This document shows, in pieces, positions 11,684 through 22,581 of a DNA stretch of 64,000 nt. The DNA is taken from positions 248,001-312,000 of the forward strand of contig JBODTK010000153.1 of NCBI GenBank assembly GCA_050613775.1, read 5' to 3'. This stretch comes from Neocallimastix sp. 'constans' (lineage: Eukaryota). The first letter of the stretch is position 1, and the number at the start of each line of letters is the position of its first letter. The position numbers and the translations under genes were made by a program. The notes under the pieces are model-generated. The model did not search any database. It saw only the letters and a list, made by a program, of their open reading frames with translations, and was not told where the DNA came from.

Positions 11684-14359
11684 TCAAAAAGTAGGATTAA
11701 GTGTGAATCGAACTCGAGTAGTTCGATTCATGGCTATAGCTCTAACAGATATACCAAGATTTCTACCAAAGTTATCTTCATAATAGGGTTCAAGTTCGGA
11801 TACATGAATCACAGAATGTATTTTTAAGTTGTTTGGTAATTCTAATTGGTACGATACAGGTGAGATTTTCTTGATAATTTTAAAATGTCCAAGTTTTCTA
11901 GTTCTTAATTTTTTATTACCTTTATGTATTATAAGTGAGCTGTTCAACCATACTTTATCACCAAGTTTAAAATTTGGTGCATCAGATCGATGTTTTTTTG
12001 CAAATTGTTCTTGTTTCTTACTTGCTTCCTTTAAGTTTTCTTTTAGTTCTTTGGCTAATTCTGAAAATTCTTTTATTATTTCATCAGCTCGTGGTACATT
12101 TGAACTACTAGGAATTGCAGGTGAATGTCTTGGATTGTAGCCATAATTTGCATAAAATGGGGAATGTTTAATTGATTCTTGTACTGCATTATTATAACTA
12201 AATTCTGCAAGGAATAAATATTTTGACCAGTCAGAGCCACGAAAATTAGCATAGCATCTTAGATATTGTTCGATAACGGAGTTTACCCTCTCCGTTAAAC
12301 CGTTGGTTTGATGGTGAAAAGGAGAAGCAAGTTTCATGTTTATTCGAAAAGATTTACAAATAGCAGGCCAAAATTTAGAGGTGAATTGGGTGCCTCTATC
12401 AGAAATAATTTCAGAAGGAAGTCCATGAAAGCGAAAAATATTATTCATAAAAGAGGTAGCAGTATCAATAGCAGAAGGAACTTTTGGGAAAGGAATAAAA
12501 TGACCCATTTTAGTAAAGCGGTCAATCACTACAAAAATGCAATTAAAACCATTAGATAATGGAAGGTCTGTAATAAAGTTCATAGAAAGAGAAGACCAAG
12601 GTTTTGAAGGAATTTCGAGAGGATGGAGAAAACCATAGGGTTTATGTTTAAAATCTTTTGAACGCGAACAAGTATCACAAGAACGAATGTAATTTATAAC
12701 ATCAGAGTAAAGAGAAGGCCACCAAAAGTCACGATATATTAGAGAAGAAGTCTTCTTAATTCCATAATGACCAGCTGAGGGAGAATCATGGCAGATGTTA
12801 AGAATGGTAGAACGACATTTTGGAGGAACATAGATTTTATTATTAAACAGAAGAAAACTGTTACTAATAGAAAAGTTTGTTAATCTGTAATTGTTAGAAT
12901 CATCTGAATTTAATTCATTACAAATGTCAGAATAAAATTCATCATTTTTGCATTCATTTAAAATTTGATCATTGAGGGAAGAAACAAAAGAAGTAATAGC
13001 ACAGAAGTTTTCTGGTAATTCATTAGCAGATTTTTCGTCAAATACATATTTGAATGGAAGAAGTTTTGCAGGTAATGTTTTTTGAATATTATTATTTGTT
13101 TCATTGTGTTCTTCATTCTTATTTGAGTTATATTCTTCAGTACAAATAGAAGCAGTAAAAGATGATGGAATAACAAGACAGTTAGCAATGCAATAATTTG
13201 ATTTAAAAAAAAGTTTATTTGAAGTAAAGTCTATAGTAGGGTTATGAGTAAAAAGCCATTCTGTTCCAAGAATAGCACAATAAGATGGAAGGTCAACTAC
13301 ATAAAATTGTGTTTTACAAATATGGTTTTCATATTGAATGGAAACATGTGAGGTTTTTCCTAAGATTTGTTGTTTACCTCCAATTCCAGTAACTCTAGGG
13401 AAATCAGATTGAGTAGAGTAAGGAATATTATATTCTTTAACAAAATAAACATCGATTAAGTTGAGTTGAGATCCTGAATCAAGGAGAATTTTGGTTTTTG
13501 TTTTAGAATTATTAGCTTTAATAGAAAATTCATAAATTGGAAGTTTTACGTTCGGGAGATCAGAAATTCTTGGTCTGGGAATAGTAGTAGGTTCTGGATT
13601 GCTGATGTGCACATTACTTGAAGAGCTTTTGAATTTATTTCTTAAAGGATAATTATTAAGTGAATGTTCAGAAGAACCACAGTACATGCAAAGATTTTCT
13701 TTTTTTCTTCTATCCTTTTCTTCTTTTGATAATGAACTGTGAATATTGAATTTCGGTTTTCCTTTGGGTGGATGTCTTCTATTATTATTGTTATTATTTG
13801 AATGATTTTGAGGATTGAAGAATTATCTTCTGGTTGAAAGTCGAGAATCAAGTCTAGCAGCAATTGTTTGTAGAGCATAAAGGGATTGGGGTCCAGGGAA
13901 CATTTCAAGTATCTTAGTAGCTATTTGATCATTTAATCCGGCAATGAATGCGTCCATTTTAGCTTCTTCATTCCAAGAAGACTCATCAGCATACTTGTTG
14001 AATTCAAGAATATAGTTTCTAATGTCTCCAAGTCTTTTTTGCTTAATTGTTCGTAACTTTTGATTTGCTACGAAGGTGGCATCATTGTTTCCAAACATAT
14101 CTTTAAGTCTTCCAACAAATGCTTCATAGTTGTTCAGGCATGGATCTCTGTTTTCTATCAGAGATGCAGCCCAATTCATAGCTGAACCATAGAGTTGGGT
14201 TATCAAGTATACAACTTTTGTTTCATCATCAGCAATTCTGTCAGGATATAGCATAAAAACTAACTCAATCTTGGCTAAAAATCCTTTAAAGAAACGACGG
14301 TCTCCAGAAAAGCCAGTTTTAAAAGCAGAATTATTATTAATAAAATTTTCTTGTTCCAT
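11684..14359 (-). pseudogene. Gypsy B (Tf/chromovirus-like) single-frame gag-pol lacking RT and RNase H
   Basis: Gag 13823..14359 is in frame with pol across one TAA. Mutated knuckle CMYCGSSEHSLNNY, protease LLDSGS, integrase HDSPSAGH..CDTC / ISDRGTQF / QTNGLTERVN, and a GPY/F-like region ending VIHVSELEPY. No YxDD or RNase H; 3' end truncated near 11760. Confidence 0.9.
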
Positions 14360-14578
14360 CTTTATGTATATGTATATTATTATTTTTTTTTTTTTTTAAT
14401 ATTAGAAAGTGATAATAATAAATCAATTTTTTTACAAGAATAAAAATTAAGTAACTAGAATATAATCACAACACAAAAAAAAACAAATTCTGTTACTTAT
14501 AACAAGTAGGCGAACAAATTTATAAAAGCCTAAAATAAAAGATAAAAACTATATAATTTTAATGTCACTTCGCAAGAA

Positions 14579-15564
14579 TGACAAGGGTTTTATCAGGGAT
14601 CGAACCTGACCCACCTCTTATTTTATGCGCGAGTGAACAAACTATCACCTGTTGAAGTGTGTAGTTACCCTCAAGCGTTGAAGGTTTTATAGTTCTAGGT
14701 CGTAATTACCTATTTTTCAAAGGTTGGGTCCTTTGAGATACTCGCGTTTACTATCTACAAAATTTTTGCAAAATAGTAAATAAGAGTTTATGAAATTAAT
14801 ATTTGGCAAGCCGACACTGTCTATACTCAAATATTAACTTCTTAAATTTGTTTACTTTTTTACAATTACTTTTTAAATTGATTTATTATTTATTTAATTC
14901 TTTCTTAAAGAAGAATATAACAATTAAAATTAAATTTTCAAAAAAATTTTGTTTTTTTAATAATAAATCTTTTATTTATTTCTTTTCGGCACCGCTGTTC
15001 ATTCAGTTTATCAACCGAAGAGCTGCAATGTAGGTCTTACGCCTCTGCCTACCAGCGAGGGTCGGTAACGTACTTAGAAATGTATAAAATAGAAGATTTA
15101 AAAGGTGTGGTAAGGAAGTATTATATGAGACCTCCCTTGTTTGTATTAATTAAATATTATTTTGATAATTTCTTTTATAAAAAGGAGAAGTGAGTATTTA
15201 ATTTCAGGATTAATAATATGAATTCCAAGGATGATAATTCTAGCAATGCTGATGGTAAATACAACTAATAGATAAAATGATCTAAGGATACTTAGGAAAA
15301 TATTAAAATTCATATACAAGCTTTAACAGAGTTCTGAAGGAAAAAGCGCAAATCTTAAAGTGGATAGGATTCCTTAACAGGGGTTCCTAGAGTAGATGGG
15401 ATTCCTTACAGGGGTTCCTAGAGTAGATGAGATTCCTTAACAGGGGTTCCAAAAGTAGATGGGATTTCTTAACATGGGTTCCTAAAGTAGATGGGATTCC
15501 TTACAGGGGTTCCTAAAGTAGATTTATACAAGATTTTTTTTTTTTTTTTTTTTTTCCAATGTCA
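14579..15564 (-). repeat. Probable 5' LTR of Gypsy B (986 bp)
   Basis: Inverted termini TGACAAGGG...CCAATGTCA. It lies just upstream of gag, and its right end cuts Gypsy A pol right after RNase H. The partner LTR is absent. Confidence 0.6.
15359..15523. repeat. GC-rich tandem repeat, 5 copies of 31-32 bp
   Basis: Unit AGTAGATGGGATTCCTTA(A)CAGGGGTTCCTAR. Confidence 0.95.
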
Positions 15565-18508
15565 GGTTTTCATCTTGCTCTTTGATAATTTTTGTTGTTA
15601 AGACAACTTTTTCTTTTTCATTTTTCATTCTTGATAAAGCATCTGCGACAACATTATTCTTTCCAGTTTCATATCGTAAATCAATTCCTAACATACTGAC
15701 AGTCAAACACCATCTAGTATGACGAGAATTTTGTGGTTCCTTACTTTTAAGTAATCCGATTAAGGGTCTATGATCTGTATATATTATAGTTTGCTTAGGA
15801 TTTCCCATAATATAAGATTTTAATTTATTAATACAGTAAATTAGAGCAGCACCTTCTAGATCCGTAATTCCATAATTCTTTTCCGATTTAGATAAACTTC
15901 TACTAATATAATGAACCGGATGTTCCTTTCCAGTTTCATCATCCTTTTGTAAAAGCACACCGCCTATACCATCATAGGAAGCATCTGTTCTTATAATAAA
16001 TTCTCTATCGAATCTAGGAAATCTTAATATTGGGGCATTGATTAATCTTTCCTTAAGAATTTTAAAACTTTCTTCTTGTTCCTTTTTCCATTCAAACTTA
16101 ACACCTTTTCTTAATAGAGTGCAGAGAGGAGCAGTAACTTTTGCAAAGTCCTTAATGAAATTTCTATAATATCCAATGGCTCCTAAAAATGATCGAAGTT
16201 CATGAATGTTAGAGGGAGCCTTCCATTCTTTAATAGCTATAACTTTGTTTCCCAATGGACTTAAACCTTCTGAGGATACTTTATGTCCCAGTACTTCTAC
16301 TTCAGTTTGCATGAAAGAACATTTTTCGATATTGATTTTTAACTTATGTTCTTTGAATATTTCTAAGACTTGTTTAAGATGTTCTAGATGTTCTTCTTCA
16401 GTTCTTGAGTAGATTAAAATATCATCGATAAAGTTATAGACGAATTTTCCTATTAAGGGGAATAGTATACGGTTCATTTCTCTTTGGAATGTAGCTGGAG
16501 CACCTGTTAAACCGAAGGGCATTACCTTGAATTGGTAGTTTCCGAACTTAGTTGTAAAGGTAGTGATTTCAACACTATCATTATCCATTAATATTTGATG
16601 ATAACCGGAATAAAGATCTAATGTTGAGAAGATTTTTGCTCCTTCTAAGCTATCAAAAATTTCCTCAATATTTGGTAAAGAATAAGAATCTTTCTTGGTT
16701 GCTTCATTTACTTTCCTATAGTCAATACACAGGCGCCATTTACCGTTCTTTTTAGGCACAAGTACTACTGGTGATGACCATTCTGAACATGAAGGTTCAA
16801 TTAATCGTTTATATATGAGTTTGTTTAATTCTTCTTTTAAGATATCTGTTTTTAATTTACTAAGTCGATAAAATTTTTGTTTAATAGGTTTAACTCCTTC
16901 CTTAAGAATAATTTTGTGTTGTAATAAATCTGAAGGTGGTAATTCTTCAGAAGAAGTTGCAATTAAATCAATATATTCTTCAAGTAATTTAGTAATAGCT
17001 TCTCTATAATTTGAATTAATTGTACTTTGAAAAACTGTGTCATATATATATTTTATGGGTGGTAATCCTTCAATTGTTTTCAATTGTTGCTTAGCTTCTT
17101 GGTGATTCAATGCCTTGATTACACACAATAATTTTTCTTCGTCATCGTATTCATTATTAATAGGTGTAATTTCTTCAATTAAACCTTGATCATTAAATCG
17201 ACAAAGACTATATCTAATTGGATGTATAAATAACTGGTTATCAATTTGAGTTTTGAGGTTGATTAATATATCATAGAATGGATCCTCCTTGTCTATAATT
17301 CTACACGTAACAAGTAATTCTAGTTCATTAATTTTTACGGGAACTTTGATTAACACATCTTCTGAGTAATCATCATTCATCGTTGCTAAACGTATTCGTC
17401 CTGTACTAACTCCTATAGGTTCATACTGATAAGGTAATTTATCTAAAAATTGCTTTGTGATAATACTTAAGTTGCTACATGAATCTATTAAAGCCTTACC
17501 ATGAACTCCATCTACTATTACATCAACCATAGCAATATCATCTTCTTGTGGTTCATTATGTTTACTTTTATATGTATGATCTATATTGTTCGTAATTATT
17601 GTGGTAGCACACATATTATCCACTGCACCTGAAATTTTAGTATTATTCTTTTCTAATTTAAGTCCTTGTGATACTTGAGACCGTATCTTTGGAGCAACGT
17701 CCAATAATTGTCCAAATGTAATATTGCAATTACTGGAGTTTAAATCTTTTATCACGTCATAACTATCACAATCAGTTTGTATTTGTATTCTTCTTGGAAT
17801 TCTAGTTGGCATAATTTCAGTTGACTTTTCTGATGATTTTTCTTGAATTAATTTATTTAAAGTTTGTTTAGAATTATTTCCTTCCTGAGAGGTTTCTTCA
17901 TTAATAATATTAACATTACTATTTTTATTATTTTCCACAGAAGTACTAGTACTAGCTCTTTCCTTATCTCTTAGCTCTTTCTCAATCCTCTTTTCTTTCA
18001 CTATTCTGGGTTGAGCCATAATCGAAGGATGTAATTGAGTTGTTGGCTTTTTGACTGGTCGCGATGTTCCCCTTAATTGATTTTCTTTTTGTTTTCGTAA
18101 ACTTGGAGTAACTATTGGCTTAGGATCATCTCTTAGACTACGGTGAACCCTCTTTCCTCTTTGGTCACTAGTCTCTTCATCTTTAGGATTTGCCTTTCTC
18201 TTTATAACGTTTACTAAGTAATCCAATTCTTTGGAACCATCCGACTCATCGTCAAAATCTTCGTAATAATCCGTAGTAGTACCTTCTTGGAAATCAGCAG
18301 TTTCTTCATAATCATCATCTTCTTTTAAGTCAACTGTTTTGGGACGATGGCAGACTGAAGCAATTTTTTTGAGGGGGAGTGCTTCTACTCCCTTTTAGTG
18401 GTTTAAATGATTTTCATAAAACTTCTTGCGGTTATTTTCCAATATAGAATTTAATTTAGGACAGTTTCGTTTGGTATGTCCTTCATTGCTACAAAGCCAG
18501 CAAGTACT
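15565..18508 (-). pseudogene. Gypsy A gag C-terminus and pol (PR-RT-RNase H), truncated before integrase
   Basis: Knuckle CWLCSNEGHTKRNC (~18461-18502), protease ALIDSCSNLSII, RT WRLCIDYRKVN / MPFGLTGAPATFQ / FIDDILI, RNase H RTDASYDGIG / TDHRPL / NVVADALSR. The ORF tail TLEKKKK is read into the inserted LTR. Confidence 0.93.
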
Positions 18509-19644
18509 AATTTAATAAAAATATAAAAATTGTTTTTTTTTTAAAAAAAATTTTTTTTGCTTTATTAGAAAAATTATTTATTAATATTATAATTTTATCC
18601 CTAATGTATTAATTTATTATTATATTCCCCGATATCTCCACCAATTTTTCATGGTATAGTTCATATAGTTTTAGGAATATAGTAATAATTAACACAACTA
18701 ATAAAATTACAATAAAAAAATAATTTGTTTTAAAATCAATATTTATTTATTTAAATTTATAAAAAAAAAAAAAATAATATAATTATTTATTTTAATAAAA
18801 GTAAGTTATTGATTATATTTTATTTCACTAAAAATTACATGTATTTATATTTTTTTTTCAAATTAAAATTTGTAAAGCCTAACTATTTTTTTAATAAACT
18901 AATTACTAATTATTTTTATAAATGAAACATTTAAATTGAAATTGAATTATTATTTTAGTTAATAATATTATTGTTATAAATATTAGTTTTATATTATTGA
19001 ATTATTAATTATTTAATAATAGTTTAATATTAATATATATAAAATAAAAATAAAGAGATTATACAGAATATTTTAATTGTGGTTTAGTTAAATTTAGTAA
19101 TTAAAAATAAATTTAAATTGATAACGAAAATTTTAATAACTAATTAAATAGATTTGATTATTTTCAATATAACATATTACAAAAGAAATATAATATTAAT
19201 ATATTAAGTGGGCAAGGACAATATTCTTGGCTAAAGATTTTTAATACTTTATAATGGATTCGGATTGATAATTCAAAAAGGAATTATAGGTTGATTGGTG
19301 ATTTATTAACTTAAGATTTCTATTTAGTAATATTTGAAGAATATTGGAAAGTTCCAATTATATAGAATAGAATAATCTATAAGGTTATAATAATTTATAT
19401 TATTCTAGCACAATTAGTATTATTTGTTCATTCTGTATTAATTTTATGTAAGAATCTATAATTATTTGCTAACAAATAATTATATTTTCTTAGTTAAGTT
19501 ATTATAACTATAACTTTATTTAATTACATATAATATTTATTAAATTTATTTAATTTAATTTTAAATATTCATTAATTTAACAAAATTTATTTAATTAATT
19601 TTAAATAATATATTTACAATATGTTAAATTCTCTACTGTAACTA

Positions 19645-19770
19645 ATGTATTCTGTATTGTATTGTATTCTGTATTTTATAATGTATTCTCTATTTTATAA
19701 TGTATTCTGTATTGTATTGTATTCTGTATTTTATAATGTATTCTCTATTTATAATGTATTCTGTATTTTA
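19645..19770. repeat. Short tandem TGTATT(C/G)-based repeats at the start of an LTR-like segment
   Basis: Repeated TGTATTCTGTATTGTATTGTATTCTGTATTTTATAA units follow TGTAAC at 19637. Confidence 0.6.
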
Positions 19771-22581
19771 TTAACTATTTAATTTTATATTTTTAATGTA
19801 AGGATAAATTATATGGTCGAAATATCTTTTATTATTTTATTCTTTTATTTTCGATCAATAGATTAGATTGGAAAATCGGTTAATTAAGATTTTTTCCAAT
19901 TACTTTTTAGAAGTAATCGGTTTTACTTAATTAATGCGATGATCGATATGGATAGAATATCGATCGAAAACTTATCTAGGTTTTTCTATCTAATCTTTTC
20001 CTAGATAAGAGATTTGTTAAGATTAGAAAACCCTTTCTTATTTAACCTTATTTTCATAAAAAAATATAAATAAGGCTCTTGAGTTCTCTTTGAGAAATCA
20101 AGAGTTATTATTATAAAAAACATAGTTATAATAGTAACAATTTTATATTTTTAACTTTAATAAATTAATAAAAATATTTTATTCAAAAACATATTTTTAA
20201 AATTAAATTTATACAAACAATTCTTCTTCTACTTTTTGTGTTATTATTATAATTAATTTTATAATAAACTCTAAAGGTAAAAAAAATTTATTTTATTTTA
20301 TTTTCTCAACAAAATGAATTAGTCGTTAAGTTGTAGTTAATAATTCTATTTTGAGTTAGTTCTTAATAGAATTATTACATTTATGGTAAAGAATGAATTA
20401 ATAACCTTTATTTTATTATTAATAATTCTTTACTTGTCACGAATACTAGTGGATTTGAAGTTAAAATTCACTATTAGATCAATTGAAATTTAATTTAGTT
20501 ATTGACAAAAATTATTTTAATTCGATTTAAATTATAAAAATAAATATTAGAAACATTAAAGAATTAGAAACCAAAGGGTTTGGACTTATTTATTAAAGAT
20601 AATTTAATTTAATTTAACCCTTTAGAATTTAATAAAAATAACATGAAGAAAAACAACGATAACTCAACAAATAATGGAAATATTATATTGACATTCCCGC
20701 TAAAATTATATCCATTAGAAAGCTACGGTCGAGAACTACAACATATATTAAAATTAACCTTATTGGACAACTAGATAACGAGATATTGGACTTTAAAGAT
20801 ATTTAAATATAAAAATATAATTTAATTATTAATCAAGACCCTAAATTATTAAGAAATTTATATTAGATAAATCTCTTAACTTGGAAATTATATTATTAAT
20901 TTTTATTATTAATTAAAAATACAGAATTAGTTATTAGTAATAGTTTTATCATATTTTAAATAAGTTTTATAAGTTTTATATATTTTATTATTATATATTT
21001 TATTCAATTATTTTCTAAAAGATTCTAAGGAATTCTTTATCATTCTAAAGATTTCCGAAAGAGAATTTTTAATTAGTTTTAATATTTCATTTTATTTTAT
21101 TTTATATTTGATTATTAAATTAGTTTTATTATTATATTGTTTTATGAATAATTTATATAGCTATTTTATTAAAAGATTCTTATCAATATTATTTTATTAT
21201 TATATTTTATATAGTTTATATACATGTATGAATATATTAATATTTAATTATATTGTTATTAAAAAGGATTTGAAATTCCATATTTTGAATTCTTTGTAAG
21301 ATTATTAATTTAATGTGTTAACTTAAAGTTAATGAATTAATTATAACAATATATAATTCTTTATATTAATCTTAGTTAAAATTTATTATTAAAATATATA
21401 TTAAATAAAGTTCTAATAAAACATAATTCTTAAATATTGAAATCTTAATTATAAAACTCTGTGTGTGCTATTTATTATTTAAATTTAATTAAATTGATAT
21501 AATTAATAAAAACATCTTGACCTGACCAATTTAACCCAAACTAAGAAAAATATAGCAAGAATCTTACCTAAACACTCAATTTAATTTTACATTACTAAAT
21601 TATACTTTCCTATATTCTTGATAACCTAAACTTAATAATAAAATTTAATTTATTTTGATATAAATTAATTTTAACTTGTAAATAATGTTAAATCAATTTT
21701 AATTAATTACTTTATTGTTATATTATTAAATATATGTATATATTAAAATACAATTGTAAATATTAAAATTATACTTTTAAGATACTAAATTATTAAAACT
21801 ATTAATTAAATATTATTATAAAAATTATTATAAAATTATTAAAATTATTAATTAAATATTATTCTAAAAATTATTATAAACTATTAATATTATAAAATTA
21901 TTAAAAATTATTAAATATTATTATAAAAATTTATTTATTATAACTATTAAATATTATTATAAAATTATTAAGATTATTAATTAAATTTATTATTAAAAAT
22001 TATTATTAAAAATTATTAATTATTATAAAAATTTATTATTTAAATATTATCAAATTTATTAATTAAATATTATAAAAATTTTATTTTATTTTTGAAAATA
22101 ATTACAAGTATTATTTAAAATAATTAAAGATTATTAAATTTATTATATTAATCTTTAAAAACATTTTATTTAACTTAAAAATATCAAAGAAAATAGTAAA
22201 AACTATTTTCTATATATTTATTTTATAATTATTTTTAATTAAATTATATTTGAATATTATATTATTATATTTATAAAAATTAAAACAAAAATGAATTATT
22301 GATATAAAATTAATTCAATAATTCTATAAAATTACTTAAATTATAAACAAATAATTATACTTAAAATTTATAAAAAAATATAAATATTGTAAAAAATTCT
22401 TAAAAATTAAATATAGGTACTTCAAAATAAATTTTGATATTAATAAATAATAAATAAATTTTAATAAAAAGAAAATTTTTTTTATTTAAAATCAAAGCAG
22501 GGTAATATCCGTCCCCCCTGCTTGATTTTAAATCTATACGTGTCAACCCCGAGTCTACCATTTAGTATTCGTTACACCTCC

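Larger units (their letters stand above)
11242..22576 (-). mobile_element. Nested Gypsy insertion block inside the Copia gag
   Basis: Termini TGTAAC...GTTACA with 5-bp TSD CCTCC at 11237-11241 and 22577-22581. Removal restores the Copia gag frame (ISS|NQNN). No intact matching LTR pair was found inside. Confidence 0.85.

Noticed and set aside
11829..12559. Plus-strand ORFs opposite the Gypsy B integrase (and 16206..16412, 54401..54655)
   Set aside because: Antisense shadows of real coding regions with no recognisable motifs.
15041..15054. Minus-strand TGGTAGGCAGAGGC resembling an initiator tRNA-Met primer-binding site
   Set aside because: It is not preceded by an LTR-terminal CA and lies inside the inferred LTR; the match is imperfect.
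15359..15523. CRISPR-like array of palindromic ~31-bp repeats
   Set aside because: Repeats are head-to-tail with no unique spacers, there are no cas genes, and the context is a eukaryotic LTR.
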